From Penicillus capitatus (lineage: Eukaryota > Plantae > Chlorophyta), in contig OZ287696.1 in the NCBI GenBank assembly GCA_965649825.1, positions 849,101 through 913,100 on the forward strand: a DNA stretch of 64,000 bases, written 5' to 3'. How positions within the stretch are numbered: the first letter of the stretch is position 1; every line of letters starts with the position of its first letter. The notes under the pieces were generated by a model. It did not search any database and had not been told where the DNA came from. It was given only the letters and a program-made list of their open reading frames with translations. Shown piece by piece: positions 12,724 to 25,096 of the stretch. The position numbers were made by a program, and so were the translations under genes.

Positions 12724-13540
12724 ATAATTTGGTATGCTTCATCTGTCATGGATTCTGGACGTTCTGATGCAGGACCGTGGATGCGGCTTTCTAGACGGCG
12801 CTTCACTGGAGTGACAAATCCAGGTTGGGCTTCATCTGACATGGATTCTGGACGTTCTGGGACAGAATTGTCAACGGGGCTTGATGGAATGTGCTTCACT
12901 AAAGTGACGAATCCAGGTTGGGCTTCATCCGGCATGGATTCTGGCTATTCTGATGCAGGACCATGGATGTGGCTTGCTGGACGGCGCTTCACTGGAGTGT
13001 CGAATCCAGGTTGGGCTTCATCTGACATGGATTCTGGACGTTCTGGGACAGAATTGTCAACGGGGCTTGATGGACTGTGCTTCACTAAAGTGACGAATCC
13101 AGGTTGGGCTCCGTCTTCGCTTTGCATGCCATATGATTTCTGCATGGCTTCGGAAGGTTCTGATGCAGGATCATGGATGCAGCTCGATGGACTGTTGCGA
13201 TGAAATGGATTGACAAATCCAGTTTCGGCTCTGATCTGCACGGCTTCAGGAGCTTCTGGGAGACGATCGTCGATGTGGCTTGATGGACGGCACGCCATTG
13301 GAGTAACGAATCCAGGTTGGGCTTCGTCTTCGGTCTGCATGGCGTCTGATGTCTGTATGGCTTCAGGAGTTTCTGATGCAGGGCCATGGATGTGGCTCGA
13401 TGGACTGTTGCGATACAAGGGATTGACAAATAAAGTTTCGACTCTGATCTGCACGGCTTCAGGAGCTTCTGGGAGAGGATCGTCGATGTGGCTTGATGGA
13501 CGGAAAGCCATTGGAGTAACGAGTCCAGGTTGGGCTTCAT
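12724..13540 (-). repeat. Coding tandem repeats: 93-bp x4 (alternating subtypes) then 213-bp x2 (DEAQPGFVT motif)
   Basis: Anchor AATCCAGGTTGGGC recurs at ~12817, 12910, 13003, 13096, 13309 and 13522. Confidence 0.9.
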
Positions 13541-16500
13541 CTGCCATATTTTCTGGCAATTCTGGTGCAGGGTTTTCGCTGGCGCTTAACTGGTGGAGTT
13601 GGTGCAGTTGAGTGACATTATCAACGTCTGCTGGAACGGCTTCATGTGACTCAGGTACATGCGCATCATGACGTTGATGATCTGAGTGTTTTCCTGCAGG
13701 ATCCGGCGAGACATACTCAGCTTCATATTGTGTATCTTCTTGTGACACAGGCTCAGGATCGTGGTGATGATCTGAGTATCTTCCTGCAGGGTCCGGTGTG
13801 ACGAACTCGGCTTCGGCTTCGCCTGGTACATACTCTGGTGATCCAGGTTCCGGTGTGGAGAACTCGGCTTCGGCTTCGCCTGGTACATACTCTGGTGATC
13901 CAGGTTCCGGTGTGGAGAACTCGGCTTCGGCTTCGCCTGGTACATACTCTGGTGATCCAGGTTCCGGTGTGGAGAACTCGGCTTCGGCTTCGCCTGGTAC
14001 ATACTCTGGTGATCCAGGTTCCGGTGTGGAGAACTCGGCTTCGGCTTCGGCTGCGGCCCACATGGCTGCAAAAACTGCAGCTACATGATCACGACCTTCG
14101 TTGCTCAATGGACTGTCGTGCACTGAAATGTCGACATCAAACTCGGCCTCGAAATGTCCATGTAAATCATCACCCACCATGCTCATTGGACTGTCGTGCA
14201 CTAGAGTTCCGGCCTCGGCTGCGGCTGGGCCTTGTGCACGTTCTGATATGTCAGGCTCCGGTGTGGCAAACTCGGCTTCGTCTGGGTCATCGTAGTCTGG
14301 TAACTCATCATCGGAATCACTGGGATGGGCGGCCTCGTATTCATGCAAATGCATGAATCTCACTGGCGGGGCTGCATGCAAAGGACGATGCTGCCCTTCC
14401 TCGGTTGTCAAGGCGCCTGGTGTTGAGAATAGACGCGAAAGCTCTTCGATGAGGAGGGACGTCTGGTCATAGTCGTGTCCAGGTTGTTGCTCCACATTAG
14501 GTGCCATGAACATTGGAGGCTCTAGATGGCGGTATTCTCTGCGGCCTGGACAGGTTTCTTCTTGTCCAGCTTGCTCTTCTTCCGCATCTATCATCATCGC
14601 TGTTGAAGGCTCAGCAGCAATGCCTTCTCTAATACTCTGCCAGACATCTTCATCTACAGATTGATGCCTCTCCGGAGCATCTGGCAAGGCTTCAACGGAC
14701 ACATGTGCAGGCTCTTCTAACGGTTGGTTCTGCGCCAGATCAGCTGGCATCACCGTTGAAGATTCGGTAGGAGCGTCTTCTCTATGGCTTGATGGTGCAT
14801 TTTGGTGTCCAGGTTGTTGCTCCACATTAGGTGCCATGAACATTGGAGGCTCTAGATGGCGGTATTCTCTGCGGCCTGGACAGGTTTCTTCATGTCCAGC
14901 TTGCTCTTCTTCCGCATCTATCATCATCGCTGTTGAAGGCTCAGCAGCAATGCCTTCTCTAATACTCTGCCAGACATCTTCATCTACAGATTGATGCCTC
15001 TCCGGAGCATCTGGCAAGGCTTCAACGGACACATGTGCAGGCTCTTCTAACGGTTGGTTCTGCGCCAGATCAGCTGGCATCACCGTTGAAGATTCGGTAG
15101 GAGCGTCTTCTCTATGGCTTGATGGTGCATTTTGGTGTCCAGGCTGTTGCTCTTCTATTTCGGTTGCTGGGACTGTCAAAGACTCGATCACAGGTTCTTC
15201 TCTAGAACTCGAAGAGCGGGTATCTCCAACTTCAGGTTTCTTGTCCTCTACGTTTGTTTTTGTTTCTGTTTTAGGAGCGTCTTCTCTATGGCTTGATGGT
15301 GCATTTTGGTGTCCAGGCTGTTGCTCTTCTATTTCGGTTGCTGGGACTGTCAAAGACTCGATCACAGGTTCTTCTCTAGAACTCGAAGAGCGGGTATCTC
15401 CAGCTTTAGGTTTCTTGTCCTCTACGTTTGTTTTTGTTTCTGTTTTAGGAGCGTCTTCTCTATGGCTTGATGGTGCATTTTGGTGTCCAGGCTGTTGCTC
15501 TTCTATTTCGGTTGCTGGGACTGTCAAAGACTCGATCACAGGTTCTTCTCTAGAACTCGAAGAGCGGGTATCTCCAGCTTTAGGTTTCTTGTCCTCTACG
15601 TTTGTTTTTGTTTCTGTTTTAGGAGCGTCTTCTCTATGGCTTGATGGTGCATTTTGGTGTCCAGGCTGTTGCTCTTCTATTTCGGTTGCTGGGACTGTCA
15701 AAGACTCGATCACAGGTTCTTCTCTAGAACTCGAAGAGCGGGTATCTCCAACTTCAGGTTTCTTGTCCTCTACGTTTGTTTTTGTTTCTGTTTTAGGAGC
15801 GTCTTCTCTATGGCTTGATGGTGCATTTTGGTGTCCAGGCTGTTGCTCTTCTATTTCGGTTGCTGGGACTGTCGAAGACTCGATCACAGGTTCTTCTCTG
15901 GAACTCGAAGAGCGGGTATCTCCAACTTCAGGTTTCTTGTCCTCTACGTTTGTTTTTGTTGCTAGTGAAGACTCAGTTTGACAGTCTTCTCTAAGACTTG
16001 ATGTTTGCGCAGGATAGTAGTTGTCTTCTGGCTTTTCCAGAGATTCTTCACTAATGGAATCCGCTTCTATAATGAAAAAGCAATTTCCACTATGGTTACA
16101 CGACAGGTTCTCTTTACTTTGGGTTGCTGTGTTCGTGTTTTTGTCCTTGGATGCCGCGTTACTTTCATGAGCCTCCGATGTTGTGGATGTTTTGGATTTT
16201 TTCTGAGCTTGCTCGTCTGTACTGTCTCCAGTAATATCTTTCGTTGATGCATCGCACGCGTACGGGGCAGACAAGGACAGAGATCTCGGCTCCACACGAC
16301 GTTTCTGAGTTGTCTCTTCTTCCTGAGGATGTAGATCTGAAGTCGATGTGAATGCATCGTTTCTGGATCTCTTCTTCTGAGAAGGCCGAGGATCCAGATT
16401 CCTAAGAACAGGCTGCAGGTTATGCACATGCTCCATGTACTGAGGGGAGTCCGGACACTCCATGAGCTGTCTGCCTACACAGGTCACACAAAACACATCA

Positions 16501-17382
16501 GTCACGTCGCGTCACATCACTGTGGATCTCACTTTCGATGACGCTGTCGATCCTGTCGAGTGTCCAGGTGCGGAGATCTTTATCGGATTTGTGGATTTCG
16601 TACGCCAGAGTGTATTGATCTGATGTCTCCGGTGGCAGCAGGATGCGATGGAAGAAGTCATAAGCCGATTGATGATACGGCTCGGACATGTCGGTCCAGA
16701 TGCGAAGGCACTCAGACAGGATTTCTCTGGGGTAGCGTGTAAGTCCTTTGGCCAGGACATCCAGAATTGTCCAGCACTCGCGTCCAGGAAGCAGCTCAAT
16801 GTCGATCCCGAGGCTGGTATATGTGTCCTTCATGTACCTGCGGAGTTTGGACGATTGCCTAGGATTACAGACGTCACATCATAAAGTTCGGTGCGAAGTC
16901 GCTTACCGGAAGAGATGCAGGATGATCTTCATGAATTGAGGCCTCACTTCCAGCGTCGTCCAATCCAGCATATCGTCGAAGACGGCCAGTGCCTTGAAAC
17001 GCGTCTCTTCACAGAGACTGCGTCGGTGCTCGCTTCGTGTCTCCGGCCGCCAGGCGCTGATGTTGATCAGCGCCGCCACTGTCGTCTCGATCTTACCTGG
17101 GTACTTTGGAGCCATTCGGATTAATAGCTGCGCGGCCAGACGTTTCGCCTGTGGCGTATCTGACCGCGCATGCTCTAGTACCGTGTCGTACCAGGCATCT
17201 TCGAATGGCCCATCCCCAGGTAAGGCCGCCTTCAACAACGTGAGGATCTGCAGTAGCGTCTGAAGGGGCTGTCGACAGGGCGGCGCCGTCGTCTCGACGG
17301 GATTGCGCCGCGGACGGTTCGTTGGCGGACTCGAAGACGGCTGCGGAGAACGTTTACGTTTACCGCTGGCTTCGTGATCCAT
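12945..17382 (-). CDS. 1447-aa protein: API5 (apoptosis inhibitor 5)-like helical N-terminus plus long acidic disordered tandem-repeat region
   Basis: Exons 17382-16907, 16858-16521 and 16474-12945 are joined in frame by 48- and 46-nt GT-AG introns. AKRLAAQLLIRMAPKYP resembles API5 KRLAAQFIPRFFKHFP, and SAYDFFHRILLP aligns with API5 (REKVLSFIRDKVFP). Confidence 0.7.
13800..14045 (-). repeat. 57-bp coding tandem repeat x4 (AEAEFSTPEPGSPEYVPGE)
   Basis: Identical units at 57-bp spacing. Confidence 0.95.
14476..15960 (-). repeat. 330-bp x2 and 174-bp x5 near-identical coding tandem repeats
   Basis: Anchors at 14479/14809 (330 bp) and 15111/15285/15459/15633/15807 (174 bp). Confidence 0.95.
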
Positions 17383-17857
17383 CCTGAAAAGGAGAACGCG
17401 GAAAAGTCGCTGTTCGCAAAGTTGTCGCAAGAGTTCGCGGGGAAACTCAGTTCGCAAGAGTTCGCAAAGAAACTCAGTTCGCAAGAGCAAACGAACGAAC
17501 AAACGCACAGTCGCTTAAATATACATCAAAATGGACAATTTTCTGTAGATTTTTGTTTGCCGACGTGATGTTAACAGCCAGCCTCGGTATCTAAGCGCGT
17601 CCGCAGCCAATCCCGCGTTTCGATCACCACGAACGAAAACTGAGATCGACGGCATGGAAGGGCAACATGCATCGCCAGATGAGCGATGCGAAGAAGGCAT
17701 GGATCGACCACTCCGTCTGTCTTGCACTCGGCGAAGCTCTCCAGACATGTCGTGGCATGACATCCAGCGTCTATGGTGATTCCGACGTACGTTTGCCAGC
17801 GCCAGAAGGTCGGCTGAATGAGAAAAGGTGAACCACAAGGGTGATGCTGATGATGGC

Positions 17858-20529
17858 TGTCATGATTCTACCTCACGTTTTGCTGTGGATGGCTGGATGC
17901 TATCGTCTGACTTGCTATCTTGCTGTTCCTGGAGGCTGTCATTGTCAGATCTCTTACTTTCCTGCATGGAGGCTGTCGTCCGATCCACTATCTCATTGTG
18001 GATGAAAGCTGTCATGGTCTGGTTTGCTATTTTGCTGCATGGAGGCTGTTTTGCTCGATTTGTGGTGTTGGCCCTGCCTGCTGTCTTGATCTTTGTGGTT
18101 GTCATGGTTCTATTTGCCGTTCACTACCTGGAGTCTGCTGTTTCCTGCTATTTGTTCTGCCGTGAATGGAGGCTAGAGTGTCTTACTTGCATGTGCTGCT
18201 GAAAGAAAGCCCTTTCCTCTTCTGGATGTTCTGTCCCAATAATACCTGACGTAAAACAAGAGAAATGGGATATCGCCTTAAAGGTTGCACCGAGAAAGTG
18301 CTATTCAGATTATGTTCAACGACATGAAAAAAGTGAGTCACTTTTTGTCCATTTTCAGATCCCTGACTCATTTGCCAATGTAGACTGGTCATAAGAAGTA
18401 AACAAGTTTGCATAGACTTTGGTCTTTCGGAAGCCATGAAGCATCCTTTCGCGCTTTGTTAGAGGCTGGACATCGTTCTGTTCTGTGACCGAGAGGGCAC
18501 TGAGTGTGACAGAGGACCGCATGGATTATATCACACTTTCCGACAAAGAAGAGTGAAGAGACTTTGCCTGAATGGACATGAAGAGAGACCGTCTTTCGAG
18601 CGCAGAGTCTATTGGAACACACCTCTGGCTGCTGAACGACCAACATGGACAGTCATCTATCGAATCCTTTACAGTAAGACCTGTCATGTCATCCAACTGT
18701 GTTTCAAGTTAGCCAGTACAGAGAATGCTTAGAGCAAGGATCCGGTTTGTGTACCTAAGAGGTGAAGAACTTCATATCGAGGGGATCCAGTCAACCGAGC
18801 GTCTTCTACGTGCGTCGGCAGAGGAGAGCAACATCTCCGATCTTGATTAGACATCTTCCAGAGAAAGAGAATCGGTCTGCCCTTCATGAGGATGGAGCAG
18901 ATTTCGCTGACGTGTTTTGTGATCTAGCAAGATGCGTGGGAATCTGGTCTACATGCAACTGGTGCACTGTCGCGAATGTGGAGCTTTGGCATTTGATAGC
19001 GTGCCTGGATCGATTGAGCACGAAAGTGGAGATCCATCAGTAACGGAAGACCCTGTCGTTTGAGGATGCCATTTGCGGGAAGAATAAGTTGTGCTGACCT
19101 GTGTCGAGTACAACCAAGGAATCTGGAGAGCATGTTCGCAGAGTCTGCCTTGAGTCATCCTTGACTCTCTCCGAGGAAACAGAAACCAGCTGCTCAAGAT
19201 CAGCACCAGAAGAGGAGTCGATCTCGTCGGGACCCATGGAATCTGGCATCATGCACGGAGGCGTCCGCCTAAGGACAACGTGCACAGTTTGCTTGACACG
19301 CCTGGCATTCAGCACTCCGCGGAGACACTGGGTCGCTTTTGGGAGTGGTCTCTGCGAGGACACGCCTTACCCCAGTTTGAAGATGTCACACTTCTCTGAA
19401 CTTGCTTGTGCGATTGTCATGAAAGCTCTTCGCAAAAGATTCTGGAAAGCACGACTAAAAAGCCTCTCAGAGTCAATCTTGATGTTCTCAGAAAACATAA
19501 AACGACAACCGTCTGTTCAAAATTGCCAAGATGAAGCAGTGGCTCTTGCCAGAGCACAAGGAATCCAGTTGATCCTTGGAAGGACGCATCCAAGTGAAAC
19601 AAGCGCAGTTTATTCGGCATCACGGGTGTCCAGATCCGGTCAGAGCTGGATTGACTTCCGAGAGTCAGCGCTGCAATAGTATACACTCGGCAGTCCGGAG
19701 ATGCCACACCTGCCCAGAATTCGATGTGTGCTGACTGGCAGGCATGCAGTTCATTCCGAATGCACCTGAAAAGCACAACTCAAGAAGCCTTGATGATAAG
19801 ACAACAATTCTTCACCTCACAGGTGAGGTCATTGATACGAACGACTCTTATGGTTGAATGATGTTTCCCAGGCCCTTTCAAAGATAGGGGTACTGTTGTC
19901 GAGGAGAAGGCTATGCCTCTATCAAGGCAAGATAAGGTGTCCATCAAGCATCGAAGCAAAGTGGGTGGCATGATGGCACTGTGGTACTTCATGAATGGCG
20001 TGTGAAGCTTCGTATTGATATAACCTCCAAAGCACACTGACAGAATCTACACTAGCCGTATCCATGCTCGAATTCCCAGACGCCCAGAAGAAAACGTACC
20101 ACCCTCAATGAGGTCACACTTTAAGTCTTAGTGCTCGTTTGATCATGTTCTGACAGACAGTGGAAGAAAGTCTGCCAAAAAGTGACGCAACACATCCGAC
20201 TGGAATAAGTGATGAAACCCAGCCCAGTCAGGGCTTTTCTGCCAGAGGCCGATACGTTGTTCACTTGACTGCCAACAGCCTGCAGCGGACTGGACATCTT
20301 TCCCCACTACCGATACCACTGGAAAGGAGATGCCGATCTGTGTACAAAGCGAGTTGTCAAGGAAGCCTGTCGTGGATCAAAACTACAGAAACCAGTGAGA
20401 TCTGAGACTGTTTCAGACATCAACAGTGCCTACTCAAAGGATGCAACCTACAGGTTAGCCATTTATCACTCCCTCTCCTCTCTAAACGATGTCACAGTCC
20501 ATGTGCATTAGACGGATCATTATTCTCTG
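17858..20529. repeat. Segmental repeat B, copy 2
   Basis: Colinear with 6720-9851 but lacks a 327-bp internal unit. Confidence 0.9.
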
Positions 20530-23500
20530 CTAAAGAGACACATCCCAGCATACATGGTTCGAGGAAGAGACCGTTATAAGAACTCCTCCAGTCATCAACA
20601 GATTCATATGGTCTTCATTGGACAAAGGAGGACAGGAATCAAAGCCAGTGGTCTCCAAGGACCGGAGAGACAAAGCTTGGAGGCCTGACCAAGTTCAGCA
20701 GCTCGCGAAGAACACTGTCAGCTCATTGGTGCTACCATGGACTCATGGCCAGTCGAAGCGGTCTGTCTCGTTACGCATCTCTGCCGTCGACAAAGCAGAG
20801 ACCTAACGACAATCCACCTAAAAAGAGGTAAAACTGACTACCCATCTTTGCTTTTGGTCTGACATGTGGTTGAATGATAGACTCAGGATGATAGACTGGC
20901 TGAGCATTCAGAGAATCAAAGCATTGTGGCAGACAACCAGCCACCAGGCAACATTGGGCACGGTCCGTGGAGCATGAAGAACATCTGGTTCCAGATCCAG
21001 AGCATCAGAGCACCGCATCCGGCATCCGCACTCCAGTGATGTACCGCTGCTTCTCCACCCCGAGGCAGCGGCGTCGACCATCCTTCGCGGCACCAGCGGG
21101 TAGGGCCTTGGCGACCTGTCCGCCTTTCGGGGTCGCGCACAAGAGGCAGGCGAGTGTATACTGCCGATGAACGGCGGTATCGTGCTGCTCTCAGACACCC
21201 GGGACCGTGTTTTTTCATCTCTCTTCCCTCCCGGGTGTCTCTTGTGTCTCCCCCTGCTTTCTATTTGTCGTCTTTGCCTTTTTTGTTTCTTCCTCCTTCG
21301 CTGCTTACCTGTTACATGCATTTTCCTTGTATGTTTACTGTTGATTTTCCTTTTCTGCTTGTTTGCTCACCTGCCTGCGTGTCTGTTCTGTGTTTTTGTT
21401 GTTTCCCTTTCATGTTTGTTTTTTCATGGGTCCCCTTTCCTTCTTTCATGTCTGGACCCCTTACATGCATGTCTGCGCTGCGCGTCGTTCATCGAGAGTG
21501 GCACGACTACCTCCTACTAGTCGAACATCAGTTGCATTTCGTTCTCCTTGCGCACCCTGACTGGAATCGGAGCCAGTGCTCGTTCGGGGTGACCTCCCGC
21601 GCCGCATTGCGAGGCGCCGCTCGCCGACCGTAAGTCATTCCATCTCTAACACATAGGTCTCTCACTCTTTCTTTGCTTGCAGACTTTGTGGCGGGGTGGA
21701 CATCTGTTCTTCTGTGCACCGCCATTCTAAGACCTTTTCACTGGACATCACACTATTCAAAAGTGTGACATTTGGCAAGTGTCTTTGAGCCCCCATCGTT
21801 ACACTGGTTCGCTGTGCAACACACTTGTAACACTTTTTCTTAGTGCGACACACGTTTCCGAAGAGTGACATTTACAAACATTGTTTAAACAGTCAATCTC
21901 CGTTTCCGTTACGTTGCATGCACGCGAATTGCAATTTAACGACAGAACGCTTAATCTCCGACTTCTTCGTGATTGCTGCGGAGGCTGTTGCAGGACGCAT
22001 GTCGTCGTTAAGCTCATCACTGTCTTCTGATCGAAGACTTCGGGAATCCACGGATCTCTTCATCGCATTCGCTGTCGTCGACAGACAACACAACGCCGAC
22101 TCCGAGCAGGCGCCGTCGATTAGGTTTCCTAAACCCACCAAGCACGTTGCGACGTATGACCGCCGACAACTGCTCATCTCGCTATCTGCAGCATTTTGAA
22201 TGTCTGCTGACATTACCGTGCCAGGCTTTTGTCCGACTGGCTTGCACTCGAGTTCCAGAGATCCGTGCAGTGCCTGAGATGTTAGAGATGTGAGTGCACA
22301 TGAAGATAGACTCGAGGCGGCTGCGTTGGCGGATTAGCGATAGGAGAGTGAGAGCCGAGAGCCTCGTCGATGCGCCAGACGGACTCTTAGGTAGTTATAG
22401 CTCGCTCTTCCAGCTGCAAGTCGATTCGAACCAGCAAAAGGTCGAATGTCTCTCAGAACGGCGACGGCACGTCGGCCATGGTAAAACATGAAGACGTCGC
22501 TGCTTGTCATCCACAGCAGACGATGCACTCTGAAAAGGGGGCGCGCGACGAACTATCGCCATTTCGAAGTTGTCTACACAGTGAGCACGCATGATTCGGC
22601 GTGGACGCTATCTACCGTCTGAGAAGTGTATAACAGTCCGCGCAGCTTTTCGAGGCAAAGAAGAGAGAGCGCACTGGAATGACGATCCTGTCGTTTTCGT
22701 TCTATCGCCTTGGCGACTTCGCAGTTCGAGCGTAGTACAACAGAGGAGGTACACGGAAGACCTTTACAGAGACGAACAGATCATACAAGAACAGCGTGAA
22801 CTCCAGAGAACGCCGGTCACAGGAGGCCGTCGAGTGCAAAGCCTCCAGGAACCATTGTTCGATAGATCAGATGGCGTCAACTGACTGCTTCTGCGCCATT
22901 CAACGCATAGAGCGACATCTCTGCCGCCTCACTTTCAGGGCGTCATCTCCTTTGGGTAATCCGCCTTTCTCCAGTCCTCGTTGCTCTTTCTCGACAGATT
23001 TCTCTGAGGAGGCCTGTACGATCGCTTGTCGTTCGCTCCGACAACGACAAAGAGGTCGATGCGTCTCCGCGTACCGCTCGTCGGATTTGAGATAGCCGGA
23101 ACGACATTTGAACGCTCGTCTAATGGCGACGCCTGAACGTCGATGTCACCGACATGGCAAGACGATTGAGTCACGTGTATTACATACACGAAGACAAGTT
23201 TGCCTTTGTTTGTTTGCTGATGCGATCGGCGTCAGCAGGTGATTCCTGAAGTGCGAAAACTTAACGCCTAGGAACAATGATGACGCCATGCAACTCGACA
23301 ACCAAGTGATCGATACGGAAATGTGTTGTGTCCTGCATGACACATCTGTCCCACGGACTAATCAACGCAATAATCTCTGGAAAATGGATATTCGAAAGAA
23401 ATGTGGCCGCAAATAGTCTTTCCTCGTCGACCATCTATTCGACAAATATAAAATTTGCATCATTGCTTTGTAAGTGCTTTGGCAGGCTGCTGCCTTCTGA

Positions 23501-23784
23501 GCAATGACCACAGGTGAAAGCCACGAGACCACAGTTTGCATGAAATCGAAAAGTGCAAATGCAATGCAAAGAGAGTGTTTCAGTGTGTAGCGCAGTAAAT
23601 AGATGAGTATATGAAGAAGCTGAACCGATCACTGAAAATAGCATGGAAGACGATGAAACCGAAGGCGGAGTATCCGCTACAGGCTAGAACAACACAGTGC
23701 GGCAAAGCAGAACAGGTCAGATGCATCTCGGTCGTCGAATCCGCATCCATCAGTTCTCCGAGCGGGGCGATCGCGTAGACGCAT

Positions 23785-24477
23785 TCAAAGGACAGAAACT
23801 GAATCCGCGGCTGGCATCATCTCCCTCTGCTGCCTCGTCTCGACTCGCCAGCCGAAACACCGAGGAACGGACAGCCACATCGCTCCACTTGCCGGAAGTG
23901 GCGAATGGCGCCGCACCTCTGCCATGTCCACACCTTGCGTCTCCCCGATCTCGGTGTTTCGAACGCGTCCTCCATCGACCGAGTTTGCGTCGGACATCTC
24001 TATCGCCTTTCTGTCGGGAATCCTCGTTGCGAGAGACGGCGACTTGCTTGGAATGGCCAGAGGCGCACTGGGTCCAGCGGCAAACGGATCTGAAGACGCC
24101 GCCGAAAGAGGTGCGCACGGAGGCGAGGCAGGCATCCTGACATCCGGAGGAATGTCGATCGTGACGTCAAGCGGGATACGGAGAGCCGTCTCGTACAGCT
24201 TCCACGCGGAGGTCTCCATCACGCCTTGGCTCGTCAGGCAGTACTTTACAAGATCCTCTCGCCAGCTCTGTCGGGTGTCCTGTCAGCCGAACAGTAGATT
24301 ACTTGAAAGACAGGCTCGGTATAGAATTTCAAGTGCATGATAATCTGTGGGACACGACAGAAGGTCAAATGGCCGCGATAGACGCAGGTAGAGTTACACC
24401 TGATTGAGAGAAATCCCGACAGAGACGCAAGAGAAGAGTGCGGCGATGACTTTCGCTGCAACGCTGTCGCTTAACAT
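23785..24477 (-). CDS. Candidate chimeric gene: TMEM184 exons 1-2 spliced to an unrelated 145-codon Pro/Ser-rich ORF
   Basis: ATG and intron 1 are intact; the intron 2 donor plus acceptor TGTAAAG|TAC puts EPVFQ in frame with YCLTSQGVMETSAWKLY. Expression is unknown. Confidence 0.35.
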
Positions 24478-24871
24478 GGTTGCGTAACGCACGTGCTGAG
24501 TTGAAAATTGATTAACAATGGATGATGCGTCCGAACAAATGTCACATCGAAAGCAAACATGTTTGACACACAGACATCAGCAAAATCTCGCACATCACAT
24601 CACATCACATCACAATCAGGAAACAGAAGAGGGCGTTCATTCGATCCTCTGTGGCAGGCAATTCTGTCAAACGCGGTTCTGAAGCAGGAATAAGATAGGG
24701 AGTGGTGTTGGATTCTCGGAGATGCAGAACACCAGAGGCTTCGTCTGGAGGTTGCTGAGGGACGCTTGGCTGGGCCATTTGAGCAGGATTGTCGACGGAT
24801 GTCTTGTACATTTCTTCCAGGATGGCGAGATATGGAAGACGACTCGGGTAGGCTCGTTGCTCCAGGCTTGG

Positions 24872-25096
24872 ATAGCTATGCCATGTGCAGGACTGCGCCG
24901 ATCTGCATCGAGGCAGATCGACGGCAGACTCGTGCACATGGCAGTAGCTATGGCATTCTGAGCCGCCTCCATGTGCAGGACTGCGCCGATCTGCATCGGG
25001 GCAGATCGACGGCAGACTCGTGCACATGGAGTAGCTACGTACAAGGTCTGCGCCGATCTGCATCGAGGCAGATCGACGGCAGACTCATGTACATGC
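24872..25096. repeat. Triplet of palindromic hairpin repeats (array 2)
   Basis: The first unit ATAGCTATGCCATGTGCA...TGCACATGGCAGTAGCTAT forms an ~80-nt fold-back. Confidence 0.92.

Larger units (their letters stand above)
11588..17857. repeat. Cassette A copy 1 (left end matches 37290-38120, right end 17610-17857 matches 39400-39632)
   Basis: Direct sequence similarity to the TMEM184 5' exons/upstream region and to the region upstream of the BRO1 gene. Confidence 0.9.

Noticed and set aside
12945-12947. TAG/TAA read as Gln (as in some ulvophytes), suggested by in-frame TAG in the API5-like gene and in copy 3
   Set aside because: Conserved genes here (RPS12, thioesterase, kinase, carrier) end at TAG/TAA at the expected positions and have no internal TAR codons.
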